A DNA stretch of 64,000 nucleotides from Tubulanus polymorphus (lineage: Eukaryota > Animalia > Nemertea): contig NC_134032.1 of the NCBI RefSeq assembly GCF_964204645.1, positions 7,118,275 through 7,182,274 of the forward strand, given 5' to 3'. Of the stretch, positions 1 to 10,772 are shown piece after piece. Position numbers and translations under genes: made by a program. Positions within the stretch are counted from its first letter, which is position 1. Each line of letters begins with the position of its first letter. The notes under the pieces are model-generated. The model ran no database searches. It had not been told where the DNA came from and worked only from the letters and a program-made list of their open reading frames with translations.

Positions 1-13
1 CAAAGCTGACCTA

Positions 14-604
14 ATGATATTATGTCGCTGCTACGGTATAAAATCAGTTTCTAAACTGAATAAGGTTGGCCTTGTAAACGCGCTGTTGGAAACCCTGTGT
101 GAACTAGAATCCATGCCGAACCCCGAATTTCTCGACCAACGTAGTATCTCTAGCAGCAAGGTGGTATTACAGCAACAGCAACACAGCATTGTTGCTGTTG
201 CTGCTGATACTGCTGCTGATGGTATTGAAGGTGCTTCTAGTTCGAAGGATTCTTCGGGATCAGAACAGAGAGGTCTATTAGCTCTGCCCATTGCAACATC
301 TGCAGACTGCCATAGCTCTATAAAGACTTCTTCAGGGAAGCGAAGTGTTCGTAGTGGAACGCGGGGTAAATCCGTGACCCGGAAAAAACCAAAAACAGAA
401 CCTGTTTATTCGTGCCCTATCTGTAAATTGGAATGGTCACTTTCTAGTAAGTTCAGTGATTACTGGCTGGAATGTGGAAACTGTTTGAAATGGATAGATC
501 CTAAATGTACTGGCCTTATTGTAGGCAGCCCTGAATGGTTACATATTACATCCGATCCTAACATTGAATGGCATTGTCAGTTATGTAAACCATCGACTTC
601 ATAG
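14..604 (+). CDS. PHD-finger protein (possibly a terminal exon or a transposon accessory gene)
   Basis: C-terminal CPIC...WLECGNCLKWIDPKC...WHCQLC fits PHD spacing, with the usual His replaced by Asp. The 5' end may lie outside the window. Confidence 0.55.
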   Translation: MILCRCYGIKSVSKLNKVGLVNALLETLCELESMPNPEFLDQRSISSSKVVLQQQQHSIVAVAADTAADGIEGASSSKDSSGSEQRGLLALPIATSADCHSSIKTSSGKRSVRSGTRGKSVTRKKPKTEPVYSCPICKLEWSLSSKFSDYWLECGNCLKWIDPKCTGLIVGSPEWLHITSDPNIEWHCQLCKPSTS

Positions 605-950
605 ATAGAAATTCATTTTTGAGTCCATGGTTGAATTTCATAAGACTTGGCTCTGTGCCAGTTTTATTGTACACAAATACTAGTGTTGCATAGCAACACT
701 GAATGTATTGATTTTATCTCAGTGCAAATGCAAAACATTATTGGACAGCTGTTGGTGCAAGGGGGGCTTTGCACAAGATCATATAAGATCATTGATGATA
801 TCAGTGTATGAAAAAAACCAGATCAAACAGTTCTCTACCACAAACACTGGTATCGTCCATGATCCTATGTCATCTTGTGACAGGCCCCAGGTGCTGGTTG
901 CATAGTCACGGTATAGATACCCGACAAGTAAGACTTAGTTCTAGGGGATC

Positions 951-1650
951 TGTGATGATGCACGGTATCATCGCACAATGCAGGAACTAGGTATAAAAAA
1001 CCGTGATCACGAACAAAGTCTTAAGATGTTCACTTTCCGTGTTAGAAGTCATTTATTTCGTCGTATAGTGTAAAATCCTTTTCACAGTCATATCATATCA
1101 AGTTGAAGTTTATTATTTAATTTTGCGTACAGTTACGGTAATAAAACTAACTGCAGATAGTGAAAATTAGTTTTAAATACAAGCGTTGGCTTTTCCAAAA
1201 ATCCAAACGAAACCAACCCCGCAAGTTAAGTGCGGGGGTATTTTATACCCAAATATCACATGACCAAGGGTCACGTGATTTTAACTAGTGATTTTAGTGG
1301 AGGAAAGCTTAGGAATGATATCATGATTTTGCAGCTCAGAAACTGGCATCCCTTCAAAACCCTGGAATCTTTAATTACTGGACCATGTCCGGTTGTTTGT
1401 TCAAACTGTACTGATATCAACAGGTTAACAGTACTTGGACACAGCAGTTCATTTGAACTTTACCTGTGAGGATAGTAAGAAGGGTTGCATCCATAATACT
1501 ATTACTTACTGTTGATATCAATGATATTAATTCCAAAAGATGCTTTATCATAATTATAATTCAATTGAAATGAAGTTAATAATTCCAACTATAAGTTAAT
1601 AATTTCAAATATCAAAATAAATTCAAAATGTCAGAACTGCGATCATGACA
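951..1650 (-). repeat. Candidate 3' LTR of the Gypsy element
   Basis: Minus-strand PPT AAGGAGGGGGAATA (1664-1651) is followed directly by TGTCATGATC at 1650. An imperfect inverted terminus TGTGATGATG lies at 951. There is no second LTR to confirm the left boundary. Confidence 0.45.
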
Positions 1651-1753
1651 TATTCCCCCTCCTTCGGAAAAGTTCACGTCCCCGTGAAAATTTAATTCCA
1701 CGAAGAGAAAAAAAAATAAGACAACGCCCGACTAAATTTTTCGACAATTAAAG

Positions 1754-3047
1754 TTACACAATCAGTATCGGTATCATGACTGTCGTCGGCAATTCAAATA
1801 CAACTTCGTCCCCCACTCTGATTTCGTCCCAAAGCTGCCACGTTATTTCAAGTCTATGCCGACAATTCGACTTATCCACGGGTATATCGGGCACTTTGAT
1901 CCCAGAGCAGTCGAGTTCAAGTGGATGATGCGGACAGGATCCCAGTGGTATAAATACACTGGTAGATCTGTCGCAGCATTCCAAAATTAAATGAGAACAG
2001 TTTCCCTTGTTCTTAACCTGCCATCCCGTATGTAAATTAGATAGGAACCGTCCCAGTCTACACAAGTCCAAAATTATAATTCTTGCAACCAAAATAACCC
2101 CAACCCCAAATGCAATCTCAATCAATGGAAAATCAGACAAATCGAAACGTTCCCTCATAACATTTAATATAACCGTATCGTTTTGCGCATCGTGCAATTT
2201 AAATTCATATGTTTGATTAGAGACGACGGTAAACCCATTCACGAGTGGAATTTTCGCAGATGTTAAAACTATAGTAGCCAACAACCCTCTCATCCTGTAC
2301 CAAAAATAAATTGCTAAACATATGGAAACAGCTGAGAGACACAAAGAGCATAAAGTCAAAATATTTGGAAGGGTGAATGGAAATAGATTGGTATTTGTGG
2401 TAACCTGAGAAATGTGGACTGAGTTTATCGCGTCCGCCTTAGTAGCGTATAAATCATTTCCGTCCTTTAAATTCTTTACCATTTTCTTGAAGGAAGTACT
2501 AAACGCTCTGTCTGTCTCTGCGACGTGTGACCAATTTCCCCCCTTTAAATTGAAATCTGGAACTTCAACGTTGACCGGTTTTGTAAAAGTTGTCGCCCCG
2601 TTTATACCCCTTACATCCTGTTTATTATAAACTTGCAGCAACACCGGTATATTCGGTCTATGCAAAAGAGTTGGATTATCATCAGTGACGCAAGCTGAAA
2701 TTTTAGGAGCCAGTTCAAAGTTGTCAGAAGACAATCTACAAGAACATGGAACTTTTAGCAAGCAAAAATTACAACTTGTGATGGCTTTTGGTACCCGTCC
2801 ATCACATGTCAGTGTCCAAGTGTCCTCTCGACCAGAAACTAAATAAATGCTGTCCCGGAGCTGAACGGCTCCCTCGAACAACCCATCAGTTTGATACTTA
2901 ACATCACACAACCTATCAACCAAGTGACTATTGTCCTGGAAAAGTGCAAAGGCGCAACTAGGAATATTTTGAGTACGGAGAGACATAGTAACCCCACATG
3001 ATTTGACTGCTTTTCCCTGACACGTTTGATACAATTTGTACGACATC
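1754..3047 (-). pseudogene. env: env glycoprotein, C-terminal half (interrupted by insertion)
   Basis: Cys-rich ectodomain (CNFCLLKVPCSCRL) with N-glycosylation sequons and a TM segment ILTLCSLCLSAVSICLAIYFWY. It joins the N-terminal half in frame once the 3048-9628 insert and one TSD copy are removed (HTEMSYKLYQTC). Confidence 0.8.
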
Positions 3048-3462
3048 AGTAATAGGGGTAATAGGCTTTCATACCAAAGGTCGAACGGTCGAGCCCATTA
3101 AAAAATGAAAAACATAAAAATAATAACAATTTCTACTTGAATTACTCGCGAAACTCATAAAAATGAAAAATAAATTCTCACACGCTCGAATTTATTTTTC
3201 ATTTTCTACTCGCTAAGAAAAAGTGTGAGTAAAGTGTGAGTGAAATAATTCATATTTTAACAGATTTCGAGTAAAAATATAAGTAAAATAAATGGATAAC
3301 TAAACGAATATAAAAGTGTGAGTAAAGTGTGAGTGAAATAGTTTATATTTTAAACATATTTCAATATTTATATTTGTATGAGTTAGATTTTTAAACATTA
3401 AAAGTGTGAGTAAAGTGTGAGTGAAATAATTCATATTTAGAACCGTGAACATTTATATTTGA

Positions 3463-4110
3463 ATGAGTTTTAATAAAAATTTTGTTATAAAAATGAAGAA
3501 AGAAGAAGAACCCAACTTTAAAAACGAAATCAATGAAACCAATAAATCATTTTCACAGTTTAACATTAAAAATTATATTTCAGCAACAAATTTAGTGTCC
3601 GCAAGGCATTATAAAATTGAAAATATTACTGTAATTAATCAAATATTATCAAATGAAACATATTTAATTACTAAACTAGTAGATACCTTTGATAATGGCA
3701 TTAAAAATCCTAAAATGTTCAATACAGTTTTTAATTTTAAAGGAACTTTAGATGAAAACATAATTAATATTCTTAAAACTCCTTTAAATGAAAGAAATGA
3801 TGATATAATACTTTCAAAAGATTACAATGATTTGATTAACTTAAGAATTGAAAAAAGACAATTATATTATTTCAATTTTGATAATAAACAAATTATCTAT
3901 AATGAAAATTCATCAAATATTGGTATTCAATGTGAATTAGATAATGAAAAATCATTTAAAGATATTGCAGTTCAATGTAATTTAGATAATGAATTTAGAA
4001 AATTCAATCCTAATGAAAAAGTGCATTGTTATTGCGGAGGTAAATATTTAAAATCACATAAATCAAAGCATTATGAAACAATTAAACATAAAAACTGGCG
4101 TAAAGAGTAA
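3463..4110 (+). CDS. 215-aa protein with C-terminal CxCG...H...H zinc-finger-like motif
   Basis: HCYCGGKYLKSHKSKHYETIKH motif, a type common in large DNA viruses and Polinton-like viruses. The true start may be the second Met (3493). Confidence 0.6.
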   Translation: MSFNKNFVIKMKKEEEPNFKNEINETNKSFSQFNIKNYISATNLVSARHYKIENITVINQILSNETYLITKLVDTFDNGIKNPKMFNTVFNFKGTLDENIINILKTPLNERNDDIILSKDYNDLINLRIEKRQLYYFNFDNKQIIYNENSSNIGIQCELDNEKSFKDIAVQCNLDNEFRKFNPNEKVHCYCGGKYLKSHKSKHYETIKHKNWRKE

Positions 4111-4167
4111 CAATTCTACATTATAATTATTGAATTGAGTTAAATGATTTAAATATCTAATAGAATG

Positions 4168-5015
4168 TTGAAATGATAAATTGTTTGACAGTTGAAATGA
4201 TAATTGTTTGACAGTTGAAATGATAAATTGTTTGACAGTTGAAATGATAAATTGTTTAACAGTTGAAATGATAAATTGTTTGACAGTTGAAATGATAAAT
4301 TGTTTGACAGTTGAAATGATAAATTGTTTGACAGTTGAAATGATAAATTGTTCGACTGTTGAAATGATAAGACAGTTGAAATGATAAATTGTTTAACAGT
4401 TGAAATGTTAAATTGTTTGACAGTTGAAATGATAAATTGTTTGACAGTTGAAATGATAATTGTTTGACGGTTGAAATAATAAATTGTTTGACGGTTGAAA
4501 TGATAAATTGTTTGACGGTTGAAATGATAAATTGTTTGACAGTTGAAATGATAAATTGTTTGACAGTTGAAATGATAAATTGTTTAACAGTTGAAATGAT
4601 AAATTGTTTAACAGTTGAAATGATAAATTGTTTGACAGTTGAAATGATAAATTGTTTGACAGTTGAAATGATAAATTGTTTGACAGTTGAAATGATAAAT
4701 TGTTTGACAGTTGAAATGATAAATTGTTTGACAGTTGAAATGATAAATTGTTTAACAGTTGAAATGATAAATTGTTTGACGGTTGAAATGATAAATTGTT
4801 TGACAGTTGAAATGATAAATTGTTTGACATTTGAAATGATAATTGTTTGACAGTTGAAATGATAAATTGTTTAACAGTTGAAATGATAAATTGTTTGACA
4901 GTTGAAATGATAAATTGTTTGACAGTTGAAATGATAAATTGTTTGACAGTTGAAATGATAAATTGTTTAACAGTTGAAATGATAATTGTTTGACAGTTGA
5001 AATGATAAATTGTTT
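4168..5015 (+). repeat. 24-bp tandem array, ~35 copies (GACAGTTGAAATGATAAATTGTTT)
   Basis: Directly visible. It produces the spurious TVEMINCL and SNNLSFQL ORFs. Confidence 0.97.
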
Positions 5016-5140
5016 GGCTGTAAATTTAATTGTTATTTGATTTAATCATTTAAAAGTTTAATATTTTTAAAATGATTATAAAATATTTAATTAAAAACTA
5101 GCAAATATTTCATTAACTGTTTAATTTTTCTCTTAAATAA

Positions 5141-5338
5141 ATGGATGGTTTCATCCCAACTGGGAAAAGTGATTTGAAACATTATCTTGTAGCAGGAGGA
5201 TTGATATTGACTGCGCTTTATTTATACTATGAGAATATTAGTAAGGATTTGATGAATGAAAATATAAAATTGAGCAAGAAATTGAAAAAATTAAATGGAA
5301 ATAAAAATAATCATAAAAAAGTTATTGAATCAGATTAG
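5141..5338 (+). CDS. 65-aa putative single-TM protein
   Basis: Hydrophobic YLVAGGLILTALYLYY followed by a Lys-rich tail. Start context TTTTTCTCTTAAATAAATG matches the Polinton gene-start motif. Confidence 0.55.
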   Translation: MDGFIPTGKSDLKHYLVAGGLILTALYLYYENISKDLMNENIKLSKKLKKLNGNKNNHKKVIESD

Positions 5339-5358
5339 TGAATTAATTAAATAAATAA

Positions 5359-5661
5359 ATGAGTGAAAATATATTAAACTTATTACATCTAATATATAAA
5401 AATCAACAGAATATTGAATCAATTATTATGCTTACAGGTTTATTTTCTTTTTCAATTTATAGTATAAAACAGTTGTTAGAATTCTATGATTGCTGTAAAA
5501 TTAGATACACTGAATTAATAGAAAATATGAATTATATTTCAGATAGATTGAATAATATTAAATGCTGTGAAAAATGCAATAAAAGATATAAAAATAAAAA
5601 GAGTTTGAGAAATCACTTGTATATTCATGAACTTGATGAAAAATTATATGAATCAAAATAA
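5359..5661 (+). CDS. 100-aa protein with hydrophobic segment and C2H2 zinc finger
   Basis: CEKCNKRYKNKKSLRNHLYIH zinc finger; TAAATAAATG start. Confidence 0.6.
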   Translation: MSENILNLLHLIYKNQQNIESIIMLTGLFSFSIYSIKQLLEFYDCCKIRYTELIENMNYISDRLNNIKCCEKCNKRYKNKKSLRNHLYIHELDEKLYESK

Positions 5662-7126
5662 GAAATCGACTGTTAAATTAGCTGAAAATATAAAATATAT
5701 TAGTTGAAATGTATGAAAATAAAAGTTAATAAAAAAAGGGGGTTGAGGTATCAATGTATTAGATACCCTATTAGATACCCTAATACCATGTATTAAATAC
5801 ATATCAAATACGTATTGATGGTATTAAATACGTATTAATGGTATTGAATACATATTATGCTTTATTTCTGAAAATGAAGTAAAAGAAGTAATTTATGTTT
5901 TAATTCATTCAAGTATGATATTGTAAATTCTTTACAATTGTATAGGATAATACAAGAGTGATATTAGTTAGTTGGCTTATTCAATAAGAGAAACAATGAA
6001 ATAATACAAGAGTGATACTAACAGTTAAAGTTATTGAATTTCTTGTTAAATCTATTTGAATAGAAATCCAAAAAGATTTAAATAAAAAAACAATAAGTTA
6101 AATAAGTTAGTATTAGATAAAGTAACTTATTGTTTTTTTATTTAAATCTTTTTGATTTCTATTCAAATAGATTTAACAAGAATATAAATTTATAAAATAA
6201 AATCCTAATTCAAAATATTATAGAATTCACTGTATATTGATGGATGAGTGGATGAGTTGGATGAATTGGAAGAGTGGATGAATGGATGAGTGTAATAATA
6301 TATATATTTTACTTTTTAACACATAAATTGGAAGAATAGTATGAGTATAAATATAATATTTATATTCTTTATTAAATTTAACACAATATATATATTGTGT
6401 TAAATAATATTTAAATATAATATAAAATTGATAAAATAACTTCAAATCAAACTCTTACTGTTTTAAAAATAAAAAACATATGTAAATTATATATTATTAC
6501 ACTCATCCATTCATCCACTCTTCCAATTCATCCAATTCATCCAACTCATCCATTCATCCATCAATATACAGTGAATTCTATAATATTTTGAATTAGGATT
6601 TTATTTTATAAATTTATATTCTTGTTAAATCTATTTGAATAGAAATCAAAAAGATTTAAATAAAAAAACAATAAGTTACTTTATCTAATACTAACTTATT
6701 TAACTTATTGTTTTTTTATTTAAATCTTTTTGGATTTCTATTCAAATAGATTTAACAAGAAATTCAATAACTTTAACTGTTAGTATCACTCTTGTATTAT
6801 TTCATTGTTTCTCTTATTGAATAAGCCAACTAACTTATATCACTCTTGTATTATCCTATACAATTGTAAAGAATTTACAATATCATACTTGAATGAATTA
6901 AAACATAAATTACTTATTTTACTTCATTTTCAGAAATAAAGCATAATATGTATTCAATACCATTAATACGTATTTAATACCATCAATACGTATTTGATAT
7001 GTATTTAATACATGGTATTAGGGTATCTAATACATTGATACCTCAACCCCCTTTTTTATTAACTTTTATTTTCATACATTTCAACTAATATATTTTATAT
7101 TTTCAGCTAATTTAACAGTCGATTTC

Positions 7127-7438
7127 TTATTTTGATTCATATAATTTTTCATCAAGTTCATCAAGTTCATGAATATACAAGTGATTTCTCAAACTCTTTT
7201 TATTTTTATATCTTTTATTGCATTTTTCACAGCATTTAATATTATTCAATCTATCTGAAATATAATTCATATTTTCTATTAATTCAGTGTATCTAATTTT
7301 ACAGCAATCATAGAATTCTAACAACTGTTTTATACTATAAATTGAAAAAGAAAATAAACCTGTAAGCATAATAATTGATTTAATATTCTGTTGATTTTTA
7401 TATATTAGATGTAATAAGTTTAATATATTTTCACTCAT
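7127..7438 (-). CDS. Mirror copy of the C2H2 protein (103 aa)
   Basis: Inverted copy of 5359-5661 with an extra ELD (9-bp duplication) and one E-to-K change. Confidence 0.6.
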   Translation of the reverse strand: MSENILNLLHLIYKNQQNIKSIIMLTGLFSFSIYSIKQLLEFYDCCKIRYTELIENMNYISDRLNNIKCCEKCNKRYKNKKSLRNHLYIHELDELDEKLYESK

Positions 7439-7458
7439 TTATTTATTTAATTAATTCA

Positions 7459-7656
7459 CTAATCTGATTCAATAACTTTTTTATGATTATTTTTATTTCC
7501 ATTTAATTTTTTCAATTTCTTGCTCAATTTTATATTTTCATTCATCAAATCCTTACTAATATTCTCATAGTATAAATAAAGCGCAGCCAATATCAATCCT
7601 CCTGCTACAAGATAATGTTTCAAATCACTTTTCCCAGTTGGGATGAAACCATCCAT
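7459..7656 (-). CDS. Mirror copy of the 65-aa TM protein
   Basis: Inverted copy of 5141-5338 with one T-to-A change. Confidence 0.55.
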   Translation of the reverse strand: MDGFIPTGKSDLKHYLVAGGLILAALYLYYENISKDLMNENIKLSKKLKKLNGNKNNHKKVIESD

Positions 7657-7781
7657 TTATTTAAGAGAAAAATTAAACAGTTAATAAAATATTTGCTAGT
7701 TTTTAATTAAATATTTTATAATCATTTTAAAAATATTAAACTTTTAAATGATTAAATCAAATAACAATTAAATTTACAGCC

Positions 7782-8510
7782 AAACAATTTATCATTTCAA
7801 CTGTCAAACAATTATCATTTCAACTGTTAAACAATTTATCATTTCAACTGTCAAACAATTTATCATTTCAACTGTCAAACAATTTATCATTTCAACTGTT
7901 AAACAATTTATCATTTCAACTGTCAAACAATTATCATTTCAACTGTCAAACAATTTATCATTTCAACTGTCAAACAATTTATCATTTCAACTGTTAAACA
8001 ATTTATCATTTCAACTGTCAAACAATTTATCATTTCAACTGTCAAACAATTTATCATTTCAACTGTCAAACAATTTATCATTTCAACTGTCAAACAATTT
8101 ATCATTTCAACTGTCAAACAATTTATCATTTCAACTGTCAAACAATTTATCATTTCAACTGTCAAACAATTTATCATTTCAACTGTCAAACAATTTATCA
8201 TTTCAACTGTCAAACAATTTATCATTTCAACCGTCAAACAATTTATCATTTCAACTGTCAAACAATTTATCATTTCAACTGTCAAACAATTATCATTTCA
8301 ACTGTCAAACAATTTATCATTTCAACTGTCAAACAATTTAACATTTCAACTGTTAAACAATTTATCATTTCAACTGTCTTATCATTTCAACAGTCGAACA
8401 ATTTATCATTTCAACTGTCAAACAATTTATCATTTCAACTGTCAAACAATTTATCATTTCAACTGTCAAACAATTATCATTTCAACTGTCAAACAATTTA
8501 TCATTTCAAC
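7782..8510 (-). repeat. 24-bp tandem array, mirror copy (~30 units)
   Basis: Reverse complement of the 4168-5015 array with fewer units. Confidence 0.97.
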
Positions 8511-8566
8511 ATTCTATTAGATATTTAAATCATTTAACTCAATTCAATAATTATAATGTAGAATTG

Positions 8567-9214
8567 TTACTCTTTACGCCAGTTTTTATGTTTAATTGTT
8601 TCATAATGCTTTGATTTATGTGATTTTAAATATTTACCTCCGCAATAACAATGCACTTTTTCATTAGGATTGAATTTTCTAAATTCATCATCTAAATTAC
8701 ATTGAACTGCAATATCTTTAAATGATTTTTCATTATCTAATTCACATTGAATACCAATATTTGATGAATTTTCATTATAGATAATTTGTTTATTATCAAA
8801 ATTGAAATAATATAATTGTCTTTTTTCAATTCTTAAGTTAATCAAATCATTGTAATCTTTTGAAAGTATTATATCATCATTTCTTTCATTTAAAGGAGTT
8901 TTAAGAATATTAATTATGTTTTCATCTAAAGTTCCTTTAAAATTAAAAACTGTATTGAACATTTTAGGATTTTTAATGCCATTATCAAAGGTATCTACTA
9001 GTTAAGTAATTAAATATGTTTCATTTGATAATATTTGATTAATTACAGTAATATTTTCAATTTTATAATGCCTTGCGGACACTAAATTTGTTGCTGAAAT
9101 ATAATTTTTAATGTTAAACTGTGAAAATGATTTATTGGTTTCATTGATTTCGATTTTAAAGTTGGGTTCTTCTTCTTTCTTCATTTTTATAACAAAATTT
9201 TTATTAAAACTCAT
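8567..9214 (-). pseudogene. Mirror copy of the 215-aa protein with a nonsense codon
   Basis: Left-arm ACT AAA CTA reads ACT TAA CTA here (9002-9004), which splits the ORF into 70-aa and 131-aa pieces. Confidence 0.75.
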
Positions 9215-9628
9215 TCAAATATAAATGTTCACGGTTCTAAATATGAATTATTTCACTCACACTTTACTCACACTTTTAATGTTTAAAAATCTAACTCATA
9301 CAAATATAAATATTGAAATATGTTTAAAATATAAACTATTTCACTCACACTTTACTCACACTTTTATATTCGTTTAGTTATCCATTTATTTTACTTATAT
9401 TTTTACTCGAAATCTGTTAAAATATGAATGATTTCATTCACACTTTACTCACACTTTTTCTAGCGAGTAGAAAATGAAAAATAAATTCGAGCGTGTGAGA
9501 ATTTATTTTTCATTTTTATGAGTTTCGCGAGTAATTCAAGTAGAAATTGTTATTATTTTTATGTTTTTCATTTTTTAATGGGCTCGACCGTTCGACCTTT
9601 GGTATGAAAGCCTATTACCCCTATTACT

Positions 9629-10691
9629 GACATCTCCGTATGAAGTTGTCCGTCGGGTGATACTCCCAAATAGTCAGGTAACCCATCCACTATGGTAACA
9701 TTGTGGGTTGTGGAATTACACGGAATCGGAAAACTGTGAATACTATACAGATTAAAATATGCGCTGTTTTGGCTTAACGGTATTTTAATCGAAATGTAAA
9801 GGTATTTATCAGATTTTGAAAACAAAACCTGGCGTCGTTGGTAATAATAAGCTGGAATGGTGTGTAATACACGATACAGGGGGTGTCTCCGTTCCAGCAT
9901 AGCAGACACAGTACTCACAGCCCTGGCAATATGTTCTGGGCCAACTAAACGTATTGGTATGTAACCCTCTAGTAATGTTTGCACATCCGCCACCCAGTCA
10001 TGTGATATTCGTTCAAGGTCTAACATCGCCGAAAAAGAAACCGTGATTTGTTGTAATAAAAGCGCCACAAATCGTATATTTTTGTTAAACCCTGAAGCGA
10101 ATCTAGCTACTCTCCCAGTCATATTTCTAATCCTTATATCATTTAGGTGCATGGCGGACACAGCATTTTCAATACGCTTATCGACAGCCCCTGCAAAAGA
10201 TCCCAACCGTTTCGTTAAGGAAAATATTTGTTTGGTGTTTAATTTCGTTAATTTTTCGACCCGATTTACATGATCCTGTACTTGCAGCACATCGTCCACA
10301 GATGCGGTGCCAAATAAAGACTTAAAGACACCTGCAAAAAATCCAGCAGTACGCTTAACTCTACCATTTTTCGGCGCGTCTCTACTCGGAATTAACTTCT
10401 GCACCGTTTTCATATTTGTGTGAACACTCTCGATTAACGCATTATGTTTGGTGACCAAAAATTTGAGTGTGTCCGTAAAACTACTACAAACGACATCATT
10501 ATCCTCGCACGTCGGGATATCCAAGTTGACGGGCTGAACCTTTATCCAGGGTATGACCATGGTGTGGAGCCAATCAGAATGACCATTGTCAATGGTGGCC
10601 ACCTTCTCGAACACCACACCATACCCTGGTCTCACAACCGAGTCGTCATCGCATTTACCGTTATTGAGCAATGGAGAAAGGACGAGGCAGC
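9629..10691 (-). pseudogene. env: env glycoprotein, N-terminal half (baculovirus F / errantivirus env-like class I fusion protein)
   Basis: Furin-like site RVKR followed by fusion-peptide-like TAGFFAGVFKSLFGTAS and a heptad region. It lies directly downstream of the integrase. Confidence 0.8.
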
Positions 10692-10772
10692 CTACAAAAC
10701 GTGGAAAGAAGAGGCACTTAGTGCAGGAATCGGTCTCATAATGACATGAGGATTATTTAGCCCGAACAATAT

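Larger units (their letters stand above)
3048..9628. mobile_element. 6581-bp palindromic (fold-back) Polinton-like non-autonomous element
   Basis: Termini AGTAATAGGGG...CCCCTATTACT. The 6-bp TSD GACATC lies at 3042-3047 and 9629-9634. Arms ~3048-6303 and ~6488-9628 are near-identical inverted copies around a ~185-bp unique spacer. Very AT-rich. Confidence 0.92.

Noticed and set aside
4168-5015. CRISPR array or real TVEMINCL / SNNLSFQL repeat proteins
   Set aside because: The units are contiguous 24-bp tandem repeats with no unique spacers and no cas genes. The ORFs arise from a stop-free unit length divisible by three and are broken by 23-bp variants.
3048-9628. Long-read fold-back or assembly artefact
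   Set aside because: Matching TSDs on both sides, an env frame restored on removal, a unique central spacer, and arm-specific substitutions and copy numbers. Read-level confirmation is still advisable.
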